This document shows positions 9,513 through 19,211 of a DNA stretch of 64,000 nucleotides, one piece after another. Origin of the DNA: Acidimicrobiia bacterium (lineage in GTDB: Bacteria; Actinomycetota; Acidimicrobiia; Spongiisociales; Spongiisociaceae); NCBI GenBank assembly GCA_963663955.1, contig OY760694.1, positions 2,118,327 through 2,182,326 on the forward strand, given 5' to 3'. How positions within the stretch are numbered: the first letter of the stretch is position 1; each line of letters begins with the position of its first letter. The position numbers and the translations under genes were made by a program. The notes under the pieces are model-generated. The model was not told the DNA's origin, ran no database searches, and was given only the letters and a program-made list of their open reading frames with translations.

Positions 9513-10484
9513 TTAAGGATATATAAGAACTTTTCCGGTGGTGGAACGACTCTCGATAGCCCGATGGGATTCCGATACATCCTCCAAACTGAACCGCCCG
9601 CCGATCCGGACATTCAGGCCGTCCTCGATTAGGGCGAAGAGTTGTTCGGATCGGGCCAGCAACGACTCGCGGTCGGCTACGTGATCAAACAGGGTAGGTC
9701 GGGTGAAGAACAGGGAACCGTTGGCGGTCAATACGAGCGGGTCGACCGGGTCGACCGCACCCGAAGCATTGCCGAACGCCACCATCAGGCCGAAGCGGCG
9801 GAGAAGACCCAACCCGTCCGGAACCGTAGCCTTGCCCACCCCGTCATAAACAACGTCGAGAGGGCGATTGCCCGCAATCTCCCTGATCCGCTCGGCGAAG
9901 TCCTCTCGCCGGTACTCGATCACATGATCGGCGCCTGCCGAACGGGCGATCTCCGCCTTCGCATCGCTGCCGACAGTCGTGAATACGGTTGCTCCGAGGC
10001 GCTTGGCGATCTGGATCAGGAGTAATCCGACACCGCCGGCGCCAGCGTGGATCAAGCATGCGGCGCCCGCTGACAATGGATAGGTGGCGGTCGCCAGGTA
10101 GAGGGCTGTCAACCCCTGAAGCATGGAGGCTGCGGCTGTATCGGACGAGACTGCTTCCGGGACCGGTACCAGATCCGTAGCGGGAACCAGCACCCGCTCG
10201 GCGTAGGCGCCGAGCCTGGAACAGAAGGCCACCCGATCACCGAGACCGGCTTCGGTGACCTCGGAACCGACGGAAACGACTCGGCCCGCGGCCTCCAACC
10301 CCGGCGTGAAGGGAAGGGCCACCGGATACAAGCCGCTGCGATGGTAGGTGTCTATGAAGTTCAGTCCGGCGGACGCCACCTCAACGACCACCTCACCGGT
10401 CCCCGGAACCGGCTCCTCGACCTCTTCGACCTCCAACACCTCCGGCCCGCCATTCCGGCGGATGACAACTGCCCGCATCGTCAT
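9513..10484 (-). CDS. qor: NADPH:quinone oxidoreductase (zinc-type alcohol dehydrogenase/MDR family)
   Basis: 323 aa; MDR fold with GAGGVGLLLIQIAKRLGA nucleotide-binding motif; typical Qor length. Confidence 0.75.
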   Translation of the reverse strand: MTMRAVVIRRNGGPEVLEVEEVEEPVPGTGEVVVEVASAGLNFIDTYHRSGLYPVALPFTPGLEAAGRVVSVGSEVTEAGLGDRVAFCSRLGAYAERVLVPATDLVPVPEAVSSDTAAASMLQGLTALYLATATYPLSAGAACLIHAGAGGVGLLLIQIAKRLGATVFTTVGSDAKAEIARSAGADHVIEYRREDFAERIREIAGNRPLDVVYDGVGKATVPDGLGLLRRFGLMVAFGNASGAVDPVDPLVLTANGSLFFTRPTLFDHVADRESLLARSEQLFALIEDGLNVRIGGRFSLEDVSESHRAIESRSTTGKVLIYP

Positions 10485-10516
10485 GCCTCCCTACGATCTA
10501 TCCAATCCAGGCTACG

Positions 10517-11593
10517 CTAGCGCTGGCTAACCCGGGACAGCGCCGAATCGAAACGTCTCGCTACCGACTGCCAAGAGTACATTTCCTCCGCCCGGGCGCG
10601 TGCCGCAACGCCCATCTCCCGCCGTCGACCGAAAATCAGTCGAAGAGCCTCCATGATCTCGGATACCGATGCCGCCACATACCCGGTGATTCCGGGGACC
10701 ACGGTTTCGGGCGCCCCTCCCGAGGTCCCCGCGACGACCGGAACCCCGGAAGCGGAAGCTTCCAGGTAGACGATCCCCAAACCTTCGGCCTCCAGACCAA
10801 GCCAGCGGGAGCGAGCGGGCATGACGAACACATCGCAACGGCGGTAAAGATCAGGTAGGTCCTCCCAGGGCACGTCGGACTCGACCTGCACCGGAACCCT
10901 TGCTCTTGCCGCCGCCTGCCTTATTCGCGCTTCGAGACGCCCGTTTCCCGCCAGGAGAACCTCCACTCCCATTCCCTCCTCATGAAGCCGTTCCGCCGCC
11001 GCAAGAACCCGTAGGTGACCTTTCCGAGGAATGAAACGAGAGATACAGCCGATCACCAACCTCCGGCTCGGTTGCCGATCGCCCGGATCCTCTACGGGAC
11101 GGAACGCGGATAGGTCTACCCCTGCCCCTAGGACTTCCGCCTCCCCCCCGCCCAGATCCGCCACCTTCCCGGCTGTGAAGGAGGAGACGGTCAGCACCAA
11201 ACCCGCCTCGCGAAAGGTCCATCGGAGCACTTGGCGCAGCACGGGCGCCGCAGCCGGGATGGTCACCTCCGCCCCGTGAGCTATCACCACGTAGGGAATA
11301 TCGAAGGAGGTGGCAAGTCTCGGTCCCATCTGGGCCAACGGGTGGGGGGCGCCGAACACGACCAGGTCGGGATCGAACTCCCTTATGTGAGCCGACACCC
11401 ATCGGTAAACGTCCTTCGTGGGAAGCATGTATGAAGACCGTCCACGTACGACATCAGGTAAGGACGGGGAACCGGGATGGCGGGGTCCCAACACCCGAAA
11501 CTCGACCGACGAATGGGCCACCAGGTTGGTCAGGTACTGCTGTATACCGCCCGACTTGGGGGGGTAGTCATTGGTTACCAGAATGGCGCGCAC
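10517..11593 (-). CDS. GT4-family glycosyltransferase
   Basis: 358 aa; N-terminal …ILVTNDYPPKSGGIQQY… and C-terminal E…VMPARSRW…LEA..G.PVVA GT-B/GT4 motifs. Confidence 0.7.
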   Translation of the reverse strand: MRAILVTNDYPPKSGGIQQYLTNLVAHSSVEFRVLGPRHPGSPSLPDVVRGRSSYMLPTKDVYRWVSAHIREFDPDLVVFGAPHPLAQMGPRLATSFDIPYVVIAHGAEVTIPAAAPVLRQVLRWTFREAGLVLTVSSFTAGKVADLGGGEAEVLGAGVDLSAFRPVEDPGDRQPSRRLVIGCISRFIPRKGHLRVLAAAERLHEEGMGVEVLLAGNGRLEARIRQAAARARVPVQVESDVPWEDLPDLYRRCDVFVMPARSRWLGLEAEGLGIVYLEASASGVPVVAGTSGGAPETVVPGITGYVAASVSEIMEALRLIFGRRREMGVAARARAEEMYSWQSVARRFDSALSRVSQR

Positions 11594-11676
11594 AGCCCGA
11601 CGGTACCTGATCGGGCATGCCCGAGGATGACGACCATCCCGGACCTATACAGGGTCGTCTCGGGTACGATCACAGG

Positions 11677-12762
11677 ATGAAACGTCCTCCCATCCGCGTT
11701 CTAGATGTTGTAGGTAGCCATCGAGAGATGGGCCGCATCCACGGTTCTACCTACGCCGACGAGATTCGCTCCTACGCGAACGAGCGCGTCGAACTCGTGG
11801 TGGGTGGTCTCTGGACCGGAGTACCGCTAACCCGCAGTGAGGTACTCGAGGTAGCTGAGACTTGCCTCGATGCTCACGAACGCCAATCGCCTGCCTTGTA
11901 CGAGGAGATGGCGGCCATGGCCAAGGCCGCCGGTATTTCCCTCCCCGAAGCGGTGGTAGTGGGAGGTTTTACAGACTTCGTCGATACCGTCCGGGCACAG
12001 AAGGGAGAAACCGGTCCTGATCTACTAACCGAAGATACCTGTACGGCTTTCATAGTTCCTGATCATCGAGCGGATGGCGCCGGATTCCTCGGCCAGACTT
12101 GGGACATGCATGCGTCAGCCACCGACCACGTAATCATGTTGCGAACCCGACCGGAGGAGGGTCCGGCTGCGCTGGTGTTCACCACCACCGGCTGCCTGGG
12201 TCAGATCGGGATGAACGAGCTCGGTGTCTGTGTAGGTATCAATAACCTCACCGCCACCGATGGAACGACCGGCGTTACTTGGCCGACGGTGGTTCGCCAT
12301 GCCCTGATGGCGGAAACAGCCGACGAAGCCAAGGACGTGATCCTGTCAGCCGATCTGGCCGGAGGTCACAACTACCTGGTTTTCGACTCCGAAGGCGCCG
12401 GCTTCAACATCGAGGCGATGCCCACTGCACGGCCTGTCACCCGCCTGCGAAGGAGCGCTCTGGTCCATACCAACCACACCACGACGAAAGAAACCAGCGC
12501 CGTCCAGGGTGTTAGACCGCCGGACCTGCAAGAAAACTCCCGGAGGCGCATGATCACCGCGGTGGATCATCTCGACAGCCACGACATCTCGCGGGACGAT
12601 CTGATCGATCTGACCCGGACCAAGGTCTGCCAGGTTCCCCGCCCCCCGTACCACCTCGAATCGTCGGGAGGTGCGGTAATGCGACCGAAAACCGGAGAGT
12701 TTTGGGCAGTATGGGGACTGCCCAGCATGAACGATTACGTGAAGATCGGATTCCGGAACTGA
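11677..12762 (+). CDS. C45 family peptidase / acyl-CoA:6-aminopenicillanic acid acyltransferase-like (Ntn hydrolase)
   Basis: ORF track starts at 11617; MKRPPIRVLDVVGSHREMGRIHG… is the more plausible N-terminus. …TCTAFIV… nucleophile-Cys region typical of the family. Confidence 0.6.
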   Translation: MKRPPIRVLDVVGSHREMGRIHGSTYADEIRSYANERVELVVGGLWTGVPLTRSEVLEVAETCLDAHERQSPALYEEMAAMAKAAGISLPEAVVVGGFTDFVDTVRAQKGETGPDLLTEDTCTAFIVPDHRADGAGFLGQTWDMHASATDHVIMLRTRPEEGPAALVFTTTGCLGQIGMNELGVCVGINNLTATDGTTGVTWPTVVRHALMAETADEAKDVILSADLAGGHNYLVFDSEGAGFNIEAMPTARPVTRLRRSALVHTNHTTTKETSAVQGVRPPDLQENSRRRMITAVDHLDSHDISRDDLIDLTRTKVCQVPRPPYHLESSGGAVMRPKTGEFWAVWGLPSMNDYVKIGFRN

Positions 12763-12842
12763 ACAGCGGCAATCGGGGGCTATTCTGCATGGGAGGCGTC
12801 CCGTCCTAACGGCCGGGCAGTACGGCAGGAACGGGAGGAATC

Positions 12843-13913
12843 ATGCCAGCGGTGACGCCGGCAGTTAGCCTGTATGGCATTACCAAGCGGTTCGGGTCGG
12901 TAACCGCCGTGGACCAAATGGACCTCGAGATAGTCGACGGGGAGTTCTTCGCGTTGCTCGGTCCCTCCGGGTGCGGTAAGACCACCACTCTGCGCCTGAT
13001 TGCGGGCCTCGAATTCCCGACCGAGGGAAGTCTGCAGATCTTCGGCGACGAGGTGGGAACACTCCCGCCGAACAAGCGTCCGGTCAACACCGTATTCCAG
13101 AACTACGCATTGTTCCCGCACATGACTGTTGAGGAAAACGTCGGCTTCGGGCTCCGGATGCAGGGGGTCTCCAAGAATCGGATCAGCTCCCGGGTTAGTG
13201 ACGCCATCGGTCTGGTGCATCTGGATGGTCTGGAACACCGCCGGTCCCGCCAGCTATCCGGAGGGCAGCAGCAGCGGGTCGCCTTGGCCCGGGCACTTGT
13301 AAACAGCCCCAAGGTTCTGCTGCTCGACGAACCCCTCGGAGCGCTCGATCTCAAACTTCGCCAAGCCATGCAAACCGAACTGAAGGGCCTTCAGCGAGAG
13401 GTCGGGATCACCTTCGTCTTCGTGACTCACGACCAGGGCGAGGCATTGGCGATGAGCGACCGAATCGGCGTAATGGACGGGGGCCGCCTTCTTCAGGTGG
13501 GTACGCCTGAAGAGATCTACTCACAACCGTCCAACCGTTTCGTGGCGGACTTTATCGGCCAGACGAACCTGCTGGACGCGATGGTCATTGACCGCGAAAC
13601 GGTGACGCTGGCCAACGGAATCCGGATCCCGGCTGCGTCACAGGTTGCTCCCGGCGCCAGGGTCAACGTCAGCCTGAGACCGGAGCAGGCCATCTTGCAC
13701 CGGTTGGGTGGAGCGCCGCGGCGCCATACATCGGTGGACGGCCGGATCGAACAGATCACTTATCAAGGCAACGCTCTGGTTTACACGGTGGTGTTCGAAT
13801 GGATCAACCTGGATGTCCGCGTAGAGAACCGGCCGGGAGCGCAGCATGCGGGCGTGGGCGACGAAGTGACGGTGTCGTGGGAACCGACCGCCATGACGGT
13901 AGTTGAGGACTGA
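12843..13913 (+). CDS. potA: spermidine/putrescine ABC transporter ATP-binding protein
   Basis: Walker [10 protein letters not shown], signature [15 protein letters not shown], Walker [13 protein letters not shown]-terminal TOBE-like domain. GGAGG RBS upstream. Confidence 0.85.
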   Translation: MPAVTPAVSLYGITKRFGSVTAVDQMDLEIVDGEFFALLGPSGCGKTTTLRLIAGLEFPTEGSLQIFGDEVGTLPPNKRPVNTVFQNYALFPHMTVEENVGFGLRMQGVSKNRISSRVSDAIGLVHLDGLEHRRSRQLSGGQQQRVALARALVNSPKVLLLDEPLGALDLKLRQAMQTELKGLQREVGITFVFVTHDQGEALAMSDRIGVMDGGRLLQVGTPEEIYSQPSNRFVADFIGQTNLLDAMVIDRETVTLANGIRIPAASQVAPGARVNVSLRPEQAILHRLGGAPRRHTSVDGRIEQITYQGNALVYTVVFEWINLDVRVENRPGAQHAGVGDEVTVSWEPTAMTVVED

Positions 13914-14853
13914 AAAGTTGACCACGGTCACCGGATCGCCTCTATCCCCGGGTTCCGGAACCGGTACGCCGGGTCCCGACAACCTACCGGTAACGCCGGA
14001 GTTCGAGAAGGCCGCCGACCGAGCCGCTTCTCGACGGGGATTCCTCCTGTCGCTTCCCGCGTATGTCTACCTCGTCTTGTTCTTTGCGATCCCGTTCGGC
14101 ATCGTGATTATCTATTCCTTCGCAACCCGCAACCGCATCGGAGGCACCGACCTGACCGGGTGGAATCTGGAGTCCTACCGGCGGCTCGGCGAACCGATCG
14201 TGCGGGACATTCTCTTCCGTTCTGTGTGGATCGCCCTGCTGACCACCGTGATCTGTCTGGTAGTCGCCTATCCCTTCTCCTATTTCGTGTCGACCCGTTC
14301 GGCAACCGTCCGCAACCTCATGCTGGTATTCGTAATGATTCCCTTCTGGACCAACTTCTTGGTGCGTAACTACGCGTGGCGAGTGATCCTGGGTACGGAC
14401 GGACCGCTGAACACGGTCAGCGAGGCGCTGGGATTAGGCCCGCAGGAGATCCTTTTTACACATACAGCAGTGATCCTCGGCCTAGTCTACGGTTTCCTCC
14501 CCTTCATGATCTTGCCCCTGTACGCGGCTATCGAGCGCATCGACCACAGTCTTATCGAGGCAAGCCGTGACCTCTACGCCACCGGGACCCAATCCTTTCG
14601 CAGGGTGCTCTTGCCGTTGTCGATGCCGGGGGTGGTGGCGGGCTCCATCCTGGTGTTCGTGCCCAGCCTCGGCGCCTACGTAACCCCCCAGATCCTGGGC
14701 GGCGGCAAATCGACGATGCTGGGATCGTACATCGTGGTCCAGTTCCTCACCGCGCGGAACTGGCCCTTGGGCGCCTCACTCTCCTTTGTCCTGATGACCG
14801 TGATGCTGGCCGCCACCCTGATCTACTTCCGGACCGGGGGTCGGAACCTGTGA
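13903..14853 (+). CDS. potB: polyamine ABC transporter permease (PotB-like)
   Basis: 316 aa polytopic membrane protein with ABC TMD EAA-like loop (…IEASRDLYATGTQSFRRVLLP…). Overlaps potA stop. Confidence 0.8.
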   Translation: MRTEKLTTVTGSPLSPGSGTGTPGPDNLPVTPEFEKAADRAASRRGFLLSLPAYVYLVLFFAIPFGIVIIYSFATRNRIGGTDLTGWNLESYRRLGEPIVRDILFRSVWIALLTTVICLVVAYPFSYFVSTRSATVRNLMLVFVMIPFWTNFLVRNYAWRVILGTDGPLNTVSEALGLGPQEILFTHTAVILGLVYGFLPFMILPLYAAIERIDHSLIEASRDLYATGTQSFRRVLLPLSMPGVVAGSILVFVPSLGAYVTPQILGGGKSTMLGSYIVVQFLTARNWPLGASLSFVLMTVMLAATLIYFRTGGRNL

Positions 14854-15713
14854 GCAGTGGAGCGATCAGACCCCGTGGCGCCACCAGAGTCGCCCTAACC
14901 GGCGGTGCCTGGCTGGTGTACACGTTCTTCTACGCGCCGATAGTCCTGTTGGTGGTGTTTTCGTTCAGCGACGACCGCAACGTGGGCCGCTGGGGCGGTT
15001 TCACCCTTTCCTGGTACGAGGATTTCATCCAACACGCCCAACTCCAGAACTCCCTCTGGGTTTCGATCCGGGTCGCGATTCTGTCCACCATCATCTCGGT
15101 GGTACTCGGTACGCTGTCGGCGCTAGCCCTGGAACGTTTTCGTTTCCGGGGGAAACGGGTGTTCGATGCCCTTCTCTACCTACCCATCATTATCCCGGAC
15201 GTCACCATGGCGGTAATGATGCTGCTGTTTTTCTCCGAAGCGATACGCGTGGGGGAAGCGCTGCTGGGGTTTGAACTGTCCAAGGGCTTCACAACGATCA
15301 CCATCAGCCACATCGCCTTCAACATCAGCTTCGTTTCCGTGGTGGTCCGGGCCCGCCTATCCGGTATGGACGAGAATCTGGAGGAAGCGGCTCTGGACCT
15401 GTATGCGACTAGGTGGAAGAGCTTCCGGTACGTCACCTTCCCCCAGATCGCCCCCGGTATCGCCGGCGGCGCCCTTCTCGCCCTCACCCTCTCGCTGGAT
15501 GACGTGGTGGTTACCCAATTCGCCTCGGGACCCGGATCGACCACCCTCCCGGTATTTGTTTTCGGAATGATTCGTAGAGGGGTTACGCCCCTTATAAACG
15601 CAGTATCCGTGATCATGCTGGCCGCGTCGGTATTCCTTGTTTTCCTATCTCTGATAGTTCAACGAGTCCGTTCCGGAGAATCAGCTAGGCGCGCCACGAT
15701 CGATATCGAGTAA
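14850..15713 (+). CDS. potC: polyamine ABC transporter permease (PotC-like)
   Basis: 287 aa; EEAALDLYATRWKSFRYVTFPQIAPG EAA motif; overlaps potB stop (GTGA). Confidence 0.8.
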   Translation: MSSGAIRPRGATRVALTGGAWLVYTFFYAPIVLLVVFSFSDDRNVGRWGGFTLSWYEDFIQHAQLQNSLWVSIRVAILSTIISVVLGTLSALALERFRFRGKRVFDALLYLPIIIPDVTMAVMMLLFFSEAIRVGEALLGFELSKGFTTITISHIAFNISFVSVVVRARLSGMDENLEEAALDLYATRWKSFRYVTFPQIAPGIAGGALLALTLSLDDVVVTQFASGPGSTTLPVFVFGMIRRGVTPLINAVSVIMLAASVFLVFLSLIVQRVRSGESARRATIDIE

Positions 15714-15884
15714 CGAATCAACCGGGATCGGAAGCTATCGACCCACCAACCTGACTCTGGCCGCTCCTATCCGACAAGCGAAAGCCTCCCGTGTTGGTTA
15801 CACTGCCGAACCTCTAGAATCCACTCTGGAGGACCACCGATGATGTGGTCAAACCCGGCAGTTCTTCGGGGAGGGAGTTAACCC

Positions 15885-16994
15885 ATGCGGGTGATCAGTA
15901 GGAGAAAGTGGCTAGTCGCAGTCCTGAGCATGGCGCTGCTCACCGTCGCCTGTGCGGACGAGGGCGGTGAGGGACCATCGGCGGCCGACTGTGAAATAGG
16001 CCAGACCGACGGTGATTCTGAACATCTTCAACTGGGCCGAATACATCGATCCCGAATTGGTGGATGCGTTCGCGGCGGAGTTCGGAGTTGAAGTGACGAT
16101 CGACGCCTACGACTCCAACGAAGCAATGCAACCTATCATCTCTGCCGGGAACTCCGGCTACGACCTGATCGTACCGTCCGACTACATGGTGGCCATCCTT
16201 ATTGCCGGAGAGGACATCCAGCCTCTCGACAAGGACGCCATCCCGAACGCCGCCAACATCTCGCCGGACTTCGAAAACCTGATCTACGACCCGGATGGCG
16301 CCTACTCCATTCCCTACCAATGGGGAACCACCGGTATCGCGGTGGATACCGCGGTGGTGGGGACCGATTTTCCGAGGTCCTGGTCGATCATCTTCGATGC
16401 GGCCATCGCCGACGCCTACGCCGGTCGTATCTCGCTGCTGAACGACCCGCGGGAGACTCTGGGGGCGGCTCTCAAGTACCTCGGTTACTCGCTCAACACC
16501 ACCGATGAGGGAGAACTGGAAGAGGCTAAGGAACTGGTGGCCGAGGCCCGCGGGCGGGTGGCGGCGTTCGACACCGATCAGGCGGACGAGTTGCTCACCA
16601 CCGGAGAGACAGCGATAGCCCACGGTTACTCCGGCGACATGTTCACCCAGTTCCTGGAAACCGAGGATCCGTCTCGGTATGTCTATTTCGTTCCGGTGGA
16701 GGGTGGGACCCGTTGGATCGACAATATGGCGATCCCTCATGACGCCCCCAACCCGTGTTCCGCTCACGCCTTCATCAACTGGATCCTCGATGGGGAGAAC
16801 GGCGCGGCGCTCTCCAACTGGAACTACTACTCGACCCCCAACAGCGCAGCCTCGACGGGCTGGACGAGGATTTGCTGGACTTCGTCAACGACCCCGACGT
16901 GATTCCGGGCGGAGTGGAGTCATTGGAGTCGATCCAGGACACGGGTGATTTCGAGATCAGCTTCACCGACGCCTTCATCGAGGCGGTGGGATAG
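15885..16994 (+). pseudogene. potD: polyamine ABC substrate-binding lipoprotein (PotD-like) disrupted by two compensating frameshifts (+1 near ~16005-16015, -1 near ~16845)
   Basis: Frame 0 encodes the lipoprotein signal peptide (…LLTVACADEGG…) and stops at 16091. Frame +1 (16012-16902) encodes the mature domain (ILNIFNWAEYIDPE…). Frame 0 resumes at ~16845 with the PotD-like C-terminus (…LDGLDEDLLDFVNDPDVIPGG…DTGDFEISFTDAFIEAVG). Confidence 0.6.
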
Positions 16995-17190
16995 CCGTCG
17001 CTATCGCCTGACGGTACAGGAAACGACCCGAAACGGCTCGTCTGCCCTAGGGAACCACAACGTCCCCAGGGCAGACGAGCCATCGGAGTATGTGAGCTAC
17101 ATCCTGATTCACACGGCCCTACTATGCCGCCCAATTCAACGCCGTTTACTGACAAGCTCCTGATGGCCAATCACGATGTGCAGATGTACC

Positions 17191-18324
17191 ATGATTTTCG
17201 TGCTGGAACGTATCTATATCAAGAACTACAAGTGCCTAGCGGACTTCAACCTTCAACTGCAAGAGACCACACTTCTTCTTGGGGATAACGGTTCCGGAAA
17301 GACGGCCGTCCTCGATGTGGTTTATGGACTTCGCCAACTCTTGGCAGGAGAAGTCAAGATCACGGACCCTGTAGCGTTCCCTTCTTCCACGCTCACCCGC
17401 TGGCAAACCTGTCAAGAACAGCAGTTCGAACTCCAATTGAGGCTGGAGAGCGAGAGCTTTCTCTATAGGCTCCAAGTCGAACACGATCCCGGCATCGGTG
17501 CTTCCCGTATAACCCGTGAGAAGCTGGTCGGTGAAGACAAGACGGTGTTGTTCGATTGCAATATGGGAGAGGTACAGCTATATCGTGATGATGGTTCGGA
17601 GGGGCCAACCTATAGAACAGACTGGGGCGAGTCCGCCCTGGCACGTGTAGTTGAACAGCCGACCAACACGCGGCTCACCTCCTTCCTGAACGCTGTTCGC
17701 GGCGCAGTGGTCTGTACTGTCCGGCCGCATACCATCCGCTCGGTAGCAGCCCGAGGGGGCCATCGGCTCGGCCGTTACGCCGATAACTTTGTGGGTTGGT
17801 ACCGCAATGCCGTCCTTGATAGTCCAGGGTTGGCTCGATCTCATGAACAAGCCCTACAGGGTGTAATGGACGGTTTTGAAAGTCTTCGCCTTGAGCGGAT
17901 TGGCGTCGACACGCGGGAATTGAGGCTTCGCTTCTCTAGCGTAAACGGCGACCGCAGCGCCGGCAGGTACTGGCTCCGGCTTGATGAGATCTCCGATGGG
18001 CAGCGCGCACTGGTGGTTCTTTACGGATTGCTGCATCTGCACGGTGGGGATGGCGTATTGATGCTGTTGGATGAACCGGATAACTACGTGGCTCTTCCTG
18101 AAATCCAACCCTGGCTGATGGAATTGCTCGAGTTATGTGAGGAGACACCCTCGCAAGCCATTATATGTTCACACCATCCGGAGATAATCGACTTCCTCGG
18201 GCCGGATTATGGATTGATTCTACGCCGTAACGCCTCCGGTAACGCCACCGCGCGGCCGATCAGCCAACCAGCCTTGACGGGCTCCCTCAAGCTGTCCGAG
18301 TTGGCGGCGCGGGGAGACGCGTGA
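17191..18324 (+). CDS. ABC/SMC-type AAA family ATPase, copy 2 (paralog of 4774-5892, ~70% aa identity by eye)
   Basis: …FVLERIYIKNYKCLADF…LLLGDNGSGKTAVLDVVYGL…MLLDEPDNYVALPEIQPW… colinear with copy 1. Start taken at MIFVLERIY by homology; the track ORF begins at 17176. Confidence 0.75.
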   Translation: MIFVLERIYIKNYKCLADFNLQLQETTLLLGDNGSGKTAVLDVVYGLRQLLAGEVKITDPVAFPSSTLTRWQTCQEQQFELQLRLESESFLYRLQVEHDPGIGASRITREKLVGEDKTVLFDCNMGEVQLYRDDGSEGPTYRTDWGESALARVVEQPTNTRLTSFLNAVRGAVVCTVRPHTIRSVAARGGHRLGRYADNFVGWYRNAVLDSPGLARSHEQALQGVMDGFESLRLERIGVDTRELRLRFSSVNGDRSAGRYWLRLDEISDGQRALVVLYGLLHLHGGDGVLMLLDEPDNYVALPEIQPWLMELLELCEETPSQAIICSHHPEIIDFLGPDYGLILRRNASGNATARPISQPALTGSLKLSELAARGDA

Positions 18325-18893
18325 GCAGGAAAATCAGGGTGGTTCTACTCTGCGAAGACAAGCAACACCGTGCCTTCGTTACTCGTTTGATCCATCGGCT
18401 CGGCTGGAAGCCGCGTGATCTCCGAATCGAACAATCGCCCACTGGTCGAGGGTCGGCGGAGCATTACGTACGGAACCGGTTCCCTCGTGAGCTTCAGTGG
18501 CTACGCTCCAAAGGCGGCGAGCGGGTTTACCTGATAGTCATGGTCGATGGAGACGCGGCCGGCGTCTCCAAAAGAAAGGCCTCGCTCAGCGCCGCCTGCC
18601 ACCAACTAGGAGTACCACCACCTGGCGACGCCGACAACGTAGTCATTTGTGTACCGTCCTGGAACATCGAGACATGGCTGGCTTATCTCGAGGGTAAAAC
18701 GGTTGACGAAACCCATGCCCAATACCCCAAAATGGACAGACCCCGCAATTGCCAACCGATGGTCGACCAACTCGTTGAAATGTGCCGCGACCGAGCCCTT
18801 CGTAAGCCGGCCCCTGCATCTCTGGAAGAGGCTTGCACGAGCTACCGCCGCGTGTTCCCCAGCAGAGGTTCCGGATCTACCCACCTCGCCTGA
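18321..18893 (+). CDS. small Toprim-like protein (DUF4276-like), copy 2
   Basis: 190 aa; RVVLLCEDKQHRAF and LIVMVDGDAAG motifs as in copy 1. Start overlaps the ATPase stop (GTGA). Confidence 0.6.
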   Translation: MSRKIRVVLLCEDKQHRAFVTRLIHRLGWKPRDLRIEQSPTGRGSAEHYVRNRFPRELQWLRSKGGERVYLIVMVDGDAAGVSKRKASLSAACHQLGVPPPGDADNVVICVPSWNIETWLAYLEGKTVDETHAQYPKMDRPRNCQPMVDQLVEMCRDRALRKPAPASLEEACTSYRRVFPSRGSGSTHLA

Positions 18894-18958
18894 GAAAGGC
18901 ATCTCAGAACAAAACTGGTCATATGGCGCGTCCCGGAGACCCGCAGCAACCGACCACT

Positions 18959-19165
18959 AGCCCTGATTATTCAGGCTTCCCGCACACCGAGGCATGTAAC
19001 GCCAGTTCAACCCGAGTATTGGGAGAAACCCGCCGTTCACCCGGCAGGTGAATCTCTATACTGGATCGGAATGGGAAACGCCTATAGCTGTATTCCCTGG
19101 TCAGAGTACGAGTATGGTCTACTCCGCTCATCCTTCAAACCCCCGTCCATGAATAATCGGGGCTA
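18959..19165 (+). repeat. full copy (c) of the ~210-bp MITE-like repeat
   Basis: CTAGCCCTGATTATTCAGG…CCATGAATAATCGGGGCTAAC; the termini are inverted repeats of each other. Confidence 0.7.
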
Positions 19166-19211
19166 ACAGGTGTTCTTTGTAGCCTGATGACACACGCGCG
19201 GAGTGGATAGT

